DNA of 62,532 bases, the filler included, from Stramenopiles sp. TOSAG23-3 (taxonomy: Eukaryota): NCBI GenBank assembly GCA_900128585.1. It is 3 parts of 3 records of this genome, joined end to end, with 100 filler letters (N's around TTAATTAATTAA, not from the genome) between each part and the next. Parts side by side here need not be neighbours in the genome. Positions count along the whole stretch, not along the records: positions 20,961 to 41,809 come from LT642369.1; positions 41,910 to 62,532 come from LT642371.1; 1 more part is not named here. One strand, 5' to 3'. The translations under genes and the position numbers were made by a program. Numbering within the stretch: the stretch's first letter is position 1; every line of letters begins with the position of its first letter. Positions 35,875 to 47,448 of this stretch are shown one piece after another. The notes beneath the pieces are model-generated. The model made no database searches, was not told where the DNA came from, and worked only from the letters and a program-made list of their open reading frames with translations.

Positions 35875-36624
35875 GGTGGTCGGTCGCGGTTGGTACTCTG
35901 GTCGTTCTCTCTCTCCCTCTCTCTTCAACGGTAACGCTCCGTTGCTCTATTAAATGTTACGGTTAAAAATAAATACGAAAGTACGTAGTATTCTAAGGCA
36001 CAGGTTCAAATAAACGTCTGTTTGTTTTGTGACAGACAGGGTTTGAATGTAATACAAAATAAGCTTGGTTATAACACAATATATACAAATTCTAGACGTA
36101 TAGACAAATTAGCTGGCCACGGTCGGTCGGTCGGTTGGCGAGCGCGAAAAAACAAATCTGCGACGAAATCAACGAACAACAATTGTGAAAACAACAGGAA
36201 GGAAAGGAAAAGAGGACAGAGAAACGAAACGGGTAGGTTTGTTGAGTTTAAACACAGTGCAATCTCGTTGCAAACCTCTTTTCTCTGACTGCGGGTAGTG
36301 ATTTCTCTCTATTTCTTTCATTTTGTTTCTTTTGTTTTGCTCTGTTTGTTGGTTTTGTTTATACTTTCTCCTAATAATTAAGTTAATCGATATCTTCTTC
36401 TCTTTTGAACCATCCAATCTAAATAATGTATTTTACAATGAACAGAAATAATGAGGAAACAGAAATTAAAATTCTTACAGTATTAGAGTGTTATTGAAAT
36501 TGAATATTTTAATTTCTATTTGGTTGGATGGAATAAAGGAAATACCATCATCATAGAAGGAATCAATCAATCAAAGAAAAAGGCGAAGCGAAGAAGCAGC
36601 GAAGAAAAGAAAGAATGAAAAGAA

Positions 36625-36887
36625 GGAAAGAAAAGAAAAGAAAAGAAAAGAAAAGAAAAGAAAAAAAAGAAAAGAAAAGAAAAGAAAAAAAGGAGAAGAA
36701 GGAGAAGGCGCGAAATGACATGGACCATTTTAAATAGGTAATAATTATATATTAGACTATTATATGTTGTACTTGTATTATAAATGATTTAAATAGGAAT
36801 ATATATAAATTAGAATATTATCATATTGTACTTGTATTATAATTATTAAACTTAAGAATTTTTGAATTTCTTCTTCTTTTTTTCTTT

Positions 36888-36958
<71 letters not shown>
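36625..36958. repeat. (GAAAA)n and (TTTC)n microsatellites in the divergent RBBP6-like/IFT54 spacer
   Basis: Visible at ~36627-36690 and ~36888-36958. Confidence 0.9.
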
Positions 36959-37544
36959 AAGGATCATCTGATTATTTAAGGTGAGTGTATTTAAATTATA
37001 TTTTAATAAATGTACTTTTTATTCTATTTTACTAATACTATATGTATTATTTAAAATTATAAAGTAGAATCAAATAAGAATGAATTTTGTCTTTTAATCC
37101 TTTAATTATAATATTTAATATTTAAGAAATCCTAATTTCAAAATGAATTCTTTCTTTTGAGATACAGGTACGTACCAGGTAGTATAATATATAATGTAGA
37201 AGAAGAAAGAAGAAGAAAAAGTCGTTTTTTTAACTAACTTCTTTTTCTTCTTCTTTAAAATAACTAATAATAACAAAGAAAGAAACAAAAAGAAACAAAA
37301 AATTCGTCTCTTTAACTAACTGCCAATTTTATTACAGAAGATCTTGTTATTCAATTCAATTATTTAACATGATCGCTTGGTTTTGAAAAAGTTATATTTA
37401 ACGATTAGCGACAGAGAAGAAGAAGGAAAAAAAACAGAGTGACCCTCACCAACCACGTCTCCTATTTAATCCTTTAATCGTTTTAATAAACACGCGAAAG
37501 AAAGAAAAAAAGCAACAACCGTCCCTTCCCTCTATCAACACAAC

Positions 37545-39659
37545 ATGGTCGACGCGGAAATATGCGAGGAGACCCGTAGCATTCTGGGTGCGCTCATTCG
37601 GAGGCCAAAGCTGTCCGATAAGCTGCTGTCGAAGCCCCCGTTTCGTTTTCTTCACGACGTTGTCACGAACGTGACAAAGGCGACTGGGTTCGCCGACGGA
37701 CTGTACGAGGGGGACGAGCTCTCCGGGAGCTCCATCAAGGGGAAAGGGCCCAAGTGTTCGTATTTGGACAAGATCATAAACTGCGTCGGTATCGCGCTGG
37801 GGGAAGTCATCGACATACGGACGGGGAAGGTGGTTGCAGGGCTTGAGGCGGAGTGCACGTGCATTTTTCTTCAAGCCCTCGGCCGCGCGGCCTCCGACAG
37901 CTCGGTCGACTCCGCCGAAGCCGTGCGGCGCACGCTGGACGGGGAGCAAATGGGCGAAGGCCCGGCCGCCCGGCGCGGCGGCGGGAGCGGCGGCGGGAAG
38001 ACCGCCGAAGCGGAAGACGCCGGCGGGAAGTCTGCGGCCGACGACGAGCAGGAGGCGCAGGAGCGGGAGGCCGCCGCGCGCCGGGAAACCGAACATCGGG
38101 AGGAGGAGGACGAACGGCGACGGCGAGAGGAGGAGCGCCGGCAGCGGGAGAAGGACGAGGCCACGGCGCGCGAGGAGGCTGAAGAGCGCGCGCGCCGGGA
38201 GCGTGCCAGCGCGGAGGCCGCCGCCGCCGCCGAGCGCGACGCCGGGAGCAAATCGGGCGGCGGGGGCGCCGCGGCAAACGCGCTGCCAGATCTCACCGGG
38301 GACTGGGAGGATACCAAGGCCCTTATGGAGCAAATAATTCAAAGGCCCCGCATGCAGGAGAAGCTGCTCCGGAAGCCGCCCTTTCGGTACCTTCACGACG
38401 TCCTCATGGCCGTGTACCGGGAGACCAACTTCCTTGCGGGCCTGTACGAGGATAACGAGATGAACTCGAAGATGGTGAAAGAGAAACAGGCCAAGATCAA
38501 CTTTCTCCGGAAAGCCGTCGACACGGTGAACCATTTCTATGGGACGACCTTGGAAGTCCAGCCACGGAAGATTGTGGCGGGGATGGAGGCAGACCTGACG
38601 AACAAATTTTTGCAAGCCGTCGCGCACGCGGCCCTCTCTGGGGTGAGCAGCGACGCCTACGTCCAGAGCACCCTGACCGGCGCCCCCGTCGGCAGCGGCG
38701 GGGAGCCCGCGAAAGCGGCCGCGCCCAAGGCCCGCGACCAGAGCGGTTTCACCGAGCAGACGACGAAGAAGTCGCCCGACGCAAAGCCGAGCCGGGACGC
38801 TGGCGGGAAGTCCCAAGAGTCGTCCGCGTTTGGTAGCAAGCAGCCCGAGCAGAGCGAGAAGCCCGGCCGCAGGAAGCCGGCCGGCCGGCCCATGACGGCG
38901 CGCCACCGCCCGCCCCAGATCAAGTCCAACGTCGTGGACGCAAAGAGGGAGGAGGTCAAGCAAAACACGGCCGCCGCCATCATGAGGGAGGGGGACGTGT
39001 CGTCGGACGACGACGAGCCCGCGCCGCAGCCGGCCATGGCCAGCGACCTCGCCTCGAAGATCGACGACGACGGGCCGAAGAGCAAGCTCGTGCGCGACAT
39101 TTTGGACGACGAGGAGAAGAAAAAGAAAGCGGACGAAGCGCTTCGGGCGAAGGACGAGACGAAGGCAAAGGCGGGCGCCCCGCCGGCGGGGCAGCCCACC
39201 ATCCGCATGGGGAAGTTGGGGAAAAAGAAGAAAAAGCACAAGCACCACAAGCACGGGCACCACCACAAGCACCACCACTCCAGCGCTGGCGAAAAAACCA
39301 GCGATAGCGCGGGGAACGGTATCTCGAAAAGCCAGCTCGAGCACTTGAGGGAGTCCATACAAAACCTCTGCCAAAGCGTCAACCCCTTGGGGAAATGCAT
39401 GGACTACGTCCCAGACGACATTGCCCAAATGTCGAAGGAGATCGAGGAGTGGCGGTCCATGCACAGGGACAAAGCGGACATACCCGGTGAAAGCAAAGAT
39501 GACCGGGACGAACACTTGAAGGATTTGAAAGATCGAAAGAATGAATTGGATGACAAAATCGAAGCGCAACAGGTGAAAATCAATAGTGTGAAAGCAACCA
39601 TTGCTAGAAACGATCAGCGAATCCACGAGTTGCTGAGAATGGTTGTCGCGGTTCAGTGA
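37545..39659 (+). CDS. TRAF3IP1: IFT54 / TRAF3IP1 (MIP-T3) with a duplicated N-terminal CH-like domain
   Basis: KLLSKPPFRFLHDV...GKVVAGLEAECT and a second copy KLLRKPPFRYLHDV...KIVAGMEADLTNKFLQ; C-terminal IQNLCQSVNPLGKCMDYV.DD...M.KE coiled coil. Confidence 0.92.
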   Translation: MVDAEICEETRSILGALIRRPKLSDKLLSKPPFRFLHDVVTNVTKATGFADGLYEGDELSGSSIKGKGPKCSYLDKIINCVGIALGEVIDIRTGKVVAGLEAECTCIFLQALGRAASDSSVDSAEAVRRTLDGEQMGEGPAARRGGGSGGGKTAEAEDAGGKSAADDEQEAQEREAAARRETEHREEEDERRRREEERRQREKDEATAREEAEERARRERASAEAAAAAERDAGSKSGGGGAAANALPDLTGDWEDTKALMEQIIQRPRMQEKLLRKPPFRYLHDVLMAVYRETNFLAGLYEDNEMNSKMVKEKQAKINFLRKAVDTVNHFYGTTLEVQPRKIVAGMEADLTNKFLQAVAHAALSGVSSDAYVQSTLTGAPVGSGGEPAKAAAPKARDQSGFTEQTTKKSPDAKPSRDAGGKSQESSAFGSKQPEQSEKPGRRKPAGRPMTARHRPPQIKSNVVDAKREEVKQNTAAAIMREGDVSSDDDEPAPQPAMASDLASKIDDDGPKSKLVRDILDDEEKKKKADEALRAKDETKAKAGAPPAGQPTIRMGKLGKKKKKHKHHKHGHHHKHHHSSAGEKTSDSAGNGISKSQLEHLRESIQNLCQSVNPLGKCMDYVPDDIAQMSKEIEEWRSMHRDKADIPGESKDDRDEHLKDLKDRKNELDDKIEAQQVKINSVKATIARNDQRIHELLRMVVAVQ

Positions 39660-39865
39660 AAAATTTCAAAAGTTTTATCATATTTATTAAGAATTATGAA
39701 TATCTCTCTATATTTTGTTTTTTTTTTATATATTATTTTATGTGTGCGTGTTGTTTTTATTAACTCAACCAAAAAGAAAGATGGACCTGGGCAGTTTAAA
39801 ACTCTTCCCTAGTTAGTAAAATGTTGTTCACTCTTCTCTTCCAGTAAAGTTAATTTTTTTAGTAG

Positions 39866-39972
39866 ACAAGAAAATTGGCTGTTATTTAAGTAAGTAAAAT
39901 TAATGTACTGCGAACTGAACTCTAGATTTAGACATTCATTCAAGGTTTACATTCCCTCATGTACTGCGAACT
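39866..39972 (-). repeat. 3'-end copy of the dispersed repeat family
   Basis: Reverse complement reads TGTCTAAATCTAGAGTT.AGTTCGCAGTACATTAATTTTA...AAATAACAGCCAATTTTCTTGT, matching 48837-48880 and the 26-mer. Confidence 0.85.
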
Positions 39973-40404
39973 TATCTTTTCTCTTTTGGTTTTACTTTTA
40001 GAGAATTTTTTTTTTTATACACAGACGACAGTATTATAAAATTTTCTTGTTGTTTTTAAATATTATTTTAAAATTTAATAAAAAATAATATCATACCGCC
40101 GGCGGGGTATATATTAATATTAATTCTCGAGTGAGGTTGCTCCTTGATTGTTGATAGGCCGGACACCATGCCCTGTGCCGTCATGGGTGCATGCACGACG
40201 CGCCGTTGTGGCGAAAATTAATTTGAGCTTTCCTTCACTTGCATAAGATCATCTAGAGATAAATAAAAATTATTTCCTTTGACTGGTTTCGGTCTGTATG
40301 CCCTTTCAAACGATCGGCAAAGGTTCAATTTTATATTGGTGTTAGAGAGATTGCTGCCTTTTGCGTTTTGATCGTAGCTGTGGCGCGCGCGACGTGGGTA
40401 AAGA

Positions 40405-41433
40405 ATGGAGCCTCCGTTGCCGGAACAACTCTCCGAACTAAACATTTTTGAAACGGTGTTGGGAAGAGGCAAGTTTGGGGTTTGCAAGCTTGCAGGATAC
40501 AAACACGATCGCTACGCGCTCAAATGCATTGACAGAGCACGCGCAGCTTCGAACCAGAACGCGATACGCCATATATTTGCGGAAAAGGAAGCCCTCCAAC
40601 GAACAGCAGACTGTCCATTTGTGGTGAACCTTTACAGGACGTTCAAGGACAAAGACTGTTTGTACTTTTTGTTGGAATTGGTCGAGCCTGGAACGCCCTT
40701 GTACAAATTTGCGCGCCATACGGATATCGGGCACAACCTGCGGTGCATGCTTATCGTTGCTGCCGAAGTCCTCGTGGCCCTGGAACACATGCACGCCAAG
40801 AATATCGTTTACCGAGATTTGAAAGGAAGCAACGTCGTTGTGGACCAAGAAGGCCACGTAAAAATTATTGACCTCGGCTTTGCAAAGCAGTTGGAAAGCA
40901 GCGACGGCAAGTGCAAGACGTTTTGTGGCACCCTGCACGCAATGGCGCCAGAGATGTTGAATCCGGCGGGCGGTCTTACGTATGGAAAAGAAGTCGATTT
41001 TTGGGCGCTCGGTGTTCTGTTTTATGAAATGTGCACCGGGGATCCGCCCATGTCCACCACCGATAGGGGCACGATGTTCCATGCCGCTCGCGAAAGCTAC
41101 GGTTTTGGCCGGCAAGATGGCCTCCAAGACCTCACTCCTTGTGCGGAGTTTCGGAAGAGTTTTACCGGTTGCTCGGGGAGCTGTGAGCCGGTGCGAAAGT
41201 TTTTGGGGGACCTTTGGATGCCTGCACCAACAGACAGGCTGGGCTTTGGAGAGAACGGCGTGGAGAACATCAGAAACCACCTTGTGTGGGCAGAGGGTTC
41301 GAACGATCGGTGGGACTGGGAAGCTGTGCGCACGCGCGCTTTGGAAAACGTTTACTTGAAAAAGGAGTGTGCCCTGCTCAACAAAGCTGCCGGCGGCGAT
41401 GCCATGGTTGACCACGTGTTCAAAGATTTTTGA
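40405..41433 (+). CDS. AGC-group (PKA/PKG-like) Ser/Thr kinase, divergent
   Basis: LGRGKFG, YALK, PFVVNL..TFKD, YRDLKGSN, IDLGFAK, TFCGT..MAPE, VDFWALG, C-terminal F..F. Confidence 0.85.
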   Translation: MEPPLPEQLSELNIFETVLGRGKFGVCKLAGYKHDRYALKCIDRARAASNQNAIRHIFAEKEALQRTADCPFVVNLYRTFKDKDCLYFLLELVEPGTPLYKFARHTDIGHNLRCMLIVAAEVLVALEHMHAKNIVYRDLKGSNVVVDQEGHVKIIDLGFAKQLESSDGKCKTFCGTLHAMAPEMLNPAGGLTYGKEVDFWALGVLFYEMCTGDPPMSTTDRGTMFHAARESYGFGRQDGLQDLTPCAEFRKSFTGCSGSCEPVRKFLGDLWMPAPTDRLGFGENGVENIRNHLVWAEGSNDRWDWEAVRTRALENVYLKKECALLNKAAGGDAMVDHVFKDF

Positions 41434-41653
41434 ATAAATTGTACATATTATTTTTGAAAGAAAATTTAAAACTTGAAGGCATCTCTCAGAAGCTTTTAGA
41501 TTTTAAAATGTATCTCGTTACAAGTTTATGTGATATGATTATTGATAAGACTTCTTTTAGCGTATTTTTTATTTTAATAACTGCGCTAATGACCCTAATT
41601 AATCAGATATTATACACTAATAAGAATAATTCTTAATTGCACACACACAACAG

Positions 41654-41809
41654 TTACACACGTAATCCATCGCTGTGTTTCCATGCTTCTCTCAATGAAT
41701 GTTTCCCTTCATCACCAATCTTGTTCCAGCCCAAATCAATCTTTGTCAACGAAGTATTCACTTTCAACGCCTCTGCAACATATTTTGCCCCTTCATCACC
41801 AATGTTGTT
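41654..41809 (-). CDS. C-terminal fragment of an RNI-like (NLRC3-type) leucine-rich-repeat protein, cut by the contig end; absent from the ORF track
   Basis: Minus strand translates NNIGDEGAKYVAEALKVNTSLTKIDLGWNKIGDEGKHSLREAWKHSDGLRV*, a 28-aa LRR consensus. Confidence 0.85.
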   Translation of the reverse strand, partial: NNIGDEGAKYVAEALKVNTSLTKIDLGWNKIGDEGKHSLREAWKHSDGLRV

Positions 41810-41909
41810 NNNNNNNNNNNNNNNNNNNNNNNNNNNNNNNNNNNNNNNNNNNNTTAATTAATTAANNNNNNNNNNNNNNNNNNNNNNNNNNNNNNNNNNN
41901 NNNNNNNNN
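41810..41909. other. Artificial contig-joining spacer (N44-TTAATTAATTAA-N44)
   Basis: Same as 20861-20960. Confidence 0.95.
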
Positions 41910-43322
41910 GGTTGACCCTGATTTATCTGCAGCCGTTTTACTGGCAAAGATTTTTTCCGACGTCGACTTGACAACATGCTGTGGGGCATTTTTCGGGCCC
42001 TCTAGGGGCTTCACTTTCTTCAACAAAGCAACAAAAAAACCGCCAGTGTCTTGGTCGTGTGGTAGCATGCGCCAGCATCTTTCCAAATTCAGCCTTTCTG
42101 CATCTGCCTTGGAAGGCGGAAACATGGTCTTGCGAATGTGCTGACCATACATTTCCGGCTTTGATTCAAAGTCGTCTACCCATAGTATCTCCGTTTGCCC
42201 TTTGCCCTTTTGGCATGCCACCCGCCACGAATGAAGACCCGGGCGACGGGTCAACTTTGGCAGCATTCCACTTGCATCTACGAGTTCCAACGATCCACCA
42301 CAGCGGCGCAATATTTCTGCAACAACTGCCTCATTTTCAACAGGGTTGAACGAGCATGTTGAGTAAACCATCATCCCTCCGACTTTCAGCAGCCCAGCGC
42401 CGCGCATTGCGATCTGAAGCTGCAAAGGATGAAGGGCAATCCCACTGCTCGTATCCCACTTTCGCCACAGGTCGATGTTCTTTCGCATAGTCCCATCCCC
42501 ACTGCAGGGGACGTCGCAGAGGATACGATCAAATATTCCTTCAGCATACCGTGGCGCGCCATCGGTTTTGGGACCATTCTTCTTCGGGATAAGGTTGGGG
42601 AAGAACTGGGCATCGTGGCAAGTGATAACGAGCCCGGCCGTCTTGATACGTTTCACTTGGTGGGTCAGCATGTACGCCCTCCGAGAGTCGGCATCGTTCG
42701 CTATGACCATGCCTTTCGGGACAACCAAGTTGTCCTCGCCAGCAAGCGCCTCAAGCAATTGGGCAGTTTTCGAACCCGGGGCCGCGCACATGTCGAGAAC
42801 CAAGTGGTGGGACTCCACTCCCAACAGGAAAGGGGGCAGCATGGATACGGACTCCTGGCGACTCAGGTTCCCCGACTCCGTTTCCTGCACTATGAATTTA
42901 TGAATCTTTTTAAGTATCTCAGACTTTCGCAAAAGTTTCTTCCCACACCCTAGCTGCCAGCCATTGCCACCCGGGTACCAGGGCATTGGGCGAGGCGGTG
43001 CTATCATATGCCCGTCTACAATGACATCGCCGATTTCAAAACTAAAGTCTTCGTTGAGTTTTCTCCGAATTTGCTCTTTGTGCGTGCAGTTTGAGTTGAT
43101 GCGAAAAGTCGCCGGCAAAGGCTTTCGCAACTGGGCAGTAAACGCGTCCCACTCGTGGGACTTCATGTAATTAGGTTGGCCTTTGTAGTATGCCTCGAAT
43201 AGTTTGTTATCCCGAACCACAGGGATATCTTTCCATTTCCCACTTCCTGATTTTTGTTTTTTATTTTTCCCGTCCCCGTTTTTCCTTCGCCCCGCCTTCC
43301 GCTTGCTCTTGTATTTTCCCAT
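41910..43322 (-). CDS. NSUN2: tRNA (cytosine-5)-methyltransferase NSUN2/Trm4, 3'-truncated by the contig end
   Basis: RQESVSMLPP, VLDMCAAPGSKT, FDRILCDVPCSGDGT, YSTCSFNPVENEAV, PHDQDTGGFF. Confidence 0.93.
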
Positions 43323-44426
43323 CGTGATTCAAAAGACTATCTCGTTTTTTTCTTTCCAGTTTTTCAGTTGCCTTCGTTTCACTTGCTAAACTTGTGTTAT
43401 TGGTGAGAAACCAAAATGCAACAGTTGAGATTAATGATTTGTTCGCATACCTGCATCCAACCGCATTTCTGTCATACTTTGCCTTTTTCGGAACAAAAAT
43501 GAAATAGTTGTCTGTTGTTTTTTGTCGTTTTTGTGACACCACACCACCCCACCCCCCCGTGATGATGGCATGATGAGGAGAGAAGAAGACGGTGTGTGTG
43601 TGGTTGTGCCCTTTTTTCTCTACTATTCTCCATTATATGGTTATTGCCATTTATTATTAAGACAAATAATGCTGTGTCATCTGTTGCTTTGGATTTATAA
43701 TGCTGTGTGCAAATAATTGGTGGCGCACGACGCGCGGCCATCGAAAAAGGTCCTCAACATAATAATGTAATAGGGAAGTACAAAGCACATTAAGTATATA
43801 GAAAGCTTATACTTGGAGGGGACTATTTATAACTTAAATTATAATTATAATAAAATATATGACGAAGAAAAAAATATATTTTGTTGTACAAGCTGTACAG
43901 TACTACAGTATAAAAATTATTGTTGAATAAAATAATTTCGACGCTTTTTTTATTACATTTTATTATTACCGTATTAATACCACCAAGAAGTAAAAAAATC
44001 AGATTATTATTATTATTATTTTTTAAAATTATTATTTTATATTACTGTATTATTACTACTGTATAGACTATATAAAATTATTATAATAATTATTATACAT
44101 GTACAGTATTAATATTTAGAGCCTATAATATTATTATTAAAATTTATTATTTTTTATTTATAATAATATTATATATTATTATAATATATTTTATTACCGA
44201 GGTTCGTACCGTACAACAAGAAGTCTTCTTCGAATGTACCAGTAAACCAATTGTTATAAATGCTTTTTTTGCACACATTAATGCAAGACGAAGATAGGTG
44301 TAGTTTCGTGCAATTTCTGGCTTTCAGAAGCACGACAAAGGCTACAGTTGGTCGCTGAACGAAAGTTAGCCCCATTTAGCGCAAAGGGTGTTCGTACCCC
44401 CAAGACGGACGGGTACCGCTGAAAGT

Positions 44427-45623
44427 ATGAACCAAGCAAATAAGGAACAAGCCCAACGTGCGTTGGAAATAGGAAAACAATACTTTCATGCGGGGCAATA
44501 TGCAAATGCGCTCAAGATGTTCAATAAAAGCCATCGAATGCACCCTCTCTCTGAAGTTAGTGATTGGCGGCTGAGGGCTGCGAAAAAAGTACGAGAGGAA
44601 GCCTCCGCTGGATCCACACCATCGTCCTCTCGCAGAGCGTCCACCCCTGCATCGTCCTCGTCTTCGCGACCGTCGCAGTCGTCCAGCAGCAGGAGAAGGC
44701 CCAGGGCAGCAACCACGAACACAGCACAGACGAAGAAACCGCCGGTTATGGACGCAAGCATCAGAAAAATAGTAGATTGCACGGATTATTACAAGGTCTT
44801 GGGGATCAGTAAGAAGGCAACCTCTTCGGAACTGAAGAAGGCGTATCGGAAGCTAGCGCTGAAATACCACCCCGACAAAAACAAATCCCCAGGGGCCGAC
44901 GAAGCTTTTAAGCGCATCGCGATGGCGTACGACACTTTGAACGACACAGAGAAACGGCAGGATTACGATCGCTTTGGGAGTGAAGAACAGCAGCAGGCAC
45001 GGCAGCAGCGCTCCCCTTTTGGCGGTGGTATGCGATACCGAAGGGGGAGGCACTACGAACAGGAAATTGACCCGGAGGACATCTTCAATATGTTTTTCGG
45101 CGGCGTGGCCAGGGCCCCACGGCGCAATCGCGGCAACAATGGTGACCAGCGTGATCAGCAGCAGCAAGGGGGACTACACCTGATTCAAATGTTGCCCCTT
45201 CTGTTGCTTATTTTGTCCTCCTTCATGTCCATGCCGACACAAACGAGGGAAGAGTTCTTTTCTTTGCAGCAGACGAGTAGCTTTACTAAGATGAGAACCA
45301 CCGGGAAGTCAGAAGTCACGAAAGGTCAAACTGGGATTGTGAAGGATTTGAAGTATTACGTGGGCAAAAATTTTAAAAACCAGCTTGGGGAAAAGAAAGA
45401 AAGGCGTAAGAAACTCATAGAAGTGGAAGAACGGGTAACATCCCAATATTTAAACCGCTTGGGAAGAAAATGCCAAAGGGAGCATCAAGTACAAAAGATG
45501 GAACTACAACGGGCAAGGATGTCAGGCAATCGAGAGTATTACAAAAAGGCGAGTGAGCGGACTCTTCAGAATTGTGAAGAGTACAATATATTTAAGAGTC
45601 GTCTAGGATATGGTGACTTTTAA
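44427..45623 (+). CDS. DNAJB12: DnaJ homolog subfamily B member 12/14-like ER membrane co-chaperone
   Basis: N-terminal ANK..A.R helix, J-domain DYYKVLG...[24 protein letters not shown], one TM helix, DUF1977-like C-terminus. Confidence 0.88.
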   Translation: MNQANKEQAQRALEIGKQYFHAGQYANALKMFNKSHRMHPLSEVSDWRLRAAKKVREEASAGSTPSSSRRASTPASSSSSRPSQSSSSRRRPRAATTNTAQTKKPPVMDASIRKIVDCTDYYKVLGISKKATSSELKKAYRKLALKYHPDKNKSPGADEAFKRIAMAYDTLNDTEKRQDYDRFGSEEQQQARQQRSPFGGGMRYRRGRHYEQEIDPEDIFNMFFGGVARAPRRNRGNNGDQRDQQQQGGLHLIQMLPLLLLILSSFMSMPTQTREEFFSLQQTSSFTKMRTTGKSEVTKGQTGIVKDLKYYVGKNFKNQLGEKKERRKKLIEVEERVTSQYLNRLGRKCQREHQVQKMELQRARMSGNREYYKKASERTLQNCEEYNIFKSRLGYGDF

Positions 45624-46330
45624 ATAAACACAATATTAATATTGTTTTTATATATATATTCTTCCTATTATTATTTGGCTTGTGCATATGTATAATAGGT
45701 TCGGTACGGAAATTGCATGATTATTGTGTAGTTATTAGTGTATAGTATATAATACTTATTAAATGAACGACTTCTTCCTTAATTTTAATAATATTATACT
45801 CCTCTTTTTCATCATCTGGACGGACATCATTATCATTATCCTAATTAGGAATACATTGTTATTTTACAGCAGCAAGCAGCAGTAAAATGAAAAAATTATA
45901 TTATTAATAAAAAATTATTATAATATGGAAGAAATAATATACAGTACAGTAATATAATATTAATACAGTAATAAATAGACTAGTCGTCTAAAAAATAATT
46001 TTTATTATTATTGGAATTACTACTGTATATTTTTATAAGTAGTACAGCAGAGTAGAAGAACCAAAAAAAAATTATTTTTTAGAAGAATATTTATTCTTCT
46101 ACCTTCTACCTACCACTGTTGGTAGAATATTTTTTAGACAAATGGATATTCACTGTATAATTCCGGTATTGCCAGGAAGGATGTTATACTAATATATGTT
46201 CAAAGTTGCCTCTTGTCAGTTGAATTTTGTAGTATTCTCTGAAACAGTCAAGTTTATCGAACATTCGAACGGTCAAATTACGCTAGATCGTACATGAAAC
46301 ACTATAGGACCGTCGAAACAGAGAGTCGTC

Positions 46331-46993
46331 ATGGACCGCACTCAATTCGGATACTGTAACCTCTCGTGCAAGCCCACCAGAGCGGCCGTTGTTACCAAGG
46401 ACGGGTACTTGTACGACCGGGAAATGATTTTGCAGCACATTGTGCAAGAGAAGGAGCTAATCAGAGAGCGGAAAATGGAATATATAGCTCACAAAATTTT
46501 AGATAAGAAAAAAGAGGTCTTAAAAGTGCATGAAGAAGCCTTACGGAAGAAACGTAGCTTTGAGAAAGTAGAGGACGGGAAGAGTGCGCTCAGTGACGGA
46601 CCTGGGGCGGGGGGTAAAGAAAGCGGCGAGAAACAGCCGCTGACTGGCAGCAGCAATTTTTGGCTGGCAGAAGCAACACCGGATGCTGGTGCGAAGGTGA
46701 AAAAACTACTGCACACAACCCCGCTGTGCCCTAGAAGTAGGAGACCGTTAAAATTCAAGAAACTCAAAAAAGTGAATTTTGTGTTCAATGATTCAGTAAA
46801 GTTCGGCAAACCAGGGTATATTCTGTGCTCTGCCACTCGAAAACCAATTACAATCGAAAAATGCGTTTTTATTCGAACTACAGGAGACATTGTGTTGAAA
46901 TCTTTCTTTGAAAATGTTACGAAAGCTACGAAAGAGTCTTTAGTTTGGAATGGAAAAAGCATAAAGTCAGCCGATATCATTTTTCTCAAATAA
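46331..46993 (+). CDS. NOSIP: NOSIP-like (U-box/RING-like) protein; may have an upstream exon
   Basis: F..C.LS...VVT.DGYLYDRE.IL, NFWL...TP, CP.S..PLK.K.L..V.F, C..T...I, D.I.L. In-frame GPSKQR upstream, after a TATAG acceptor-like site, resembles the NOSIP N-terminus. Confidence 0.78.
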   Translation: MDRTQFGYCNLSCKPTRAAVVTKDGYLYDREMILQHIVQEKELIRERKMEYIAHKILDKKKEVLKVHEEALRKKRSFEKVEDGKSALSDGPGAGGKESGEKQPLTGSSNFWLAEATPDAGAKVKKLLHTTPLCPRSRRPLKFKKLKKVNFVFNDSVKFGKPGYILCSATRKPITIEKCVFIRTTGDIVLKSFFENVTKATKESLVWNGKSIKSADIIFLK

Positions 46994-47448
46994 TAATAAT
47001 TTTAATAGAAAACCCATTCCGGGTTTGGTATTGCTTCTGTAGGCACAGGATTATATGTGTACAACATATTATTATTATTATTTATTTATTTATTATTATT
47101 TTATTAATATACAACAACAACAGCAACTATAACACCGGTATATCGAACTACTAATAACTACCAAGGTAAAAGAAGAACATGTTGTTGTTGTTGTATTTAT
47201 TAAAAAAAAATATAATTTTATTAGGTATAAATATAATTATTATCATTTATATTTTTTGTTGCTGTTGTTGTTTTTTGTTGTTGTTGGTGTGTGTGTATGT
47301 TGTTGTGATTGATTATTATTACGTACCAATTATTTACTTTTAGCAAATTGTCAAGAAGTTGTATCATATAATTTAAATGATATGAAATTAAGATTAGTTT
47401 GTTCACCTTCTTCATAACGAGACAGATTGTTATACACCCGCACATAAT

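Noticed and set aside
37411-37420. ACAGAGAAGA resembling the U6 snRNA box
   Set aside because: It continues as a (GAA)n tract rather than TTAGCATGG; no snRNA, tRNA or rRNA context was recognised.
37446-39626. 726-aa antisense ORF (and similar long antisense or alternative-frame ORFs at 25-27 kb, 30 kb, 33-35 kb, 40.4-41.4 kb)
   Set aside because: Shadow ORFs of GC-rich genes with no recognisable motifs.
41654-43322. NSUN2-LRR fusion on the minus strand
   Set aside because: The two pieces lie on different contigs either side of the TTAATTAATTAA spacer.
46280-46330. TGA readthrough or alternative genetic code upstream of NOSIP
   Set aside because: An AG acceptor-like site explains it more simply, and conserved genes end at TAA, TAG and TGA with no in-frame stops.
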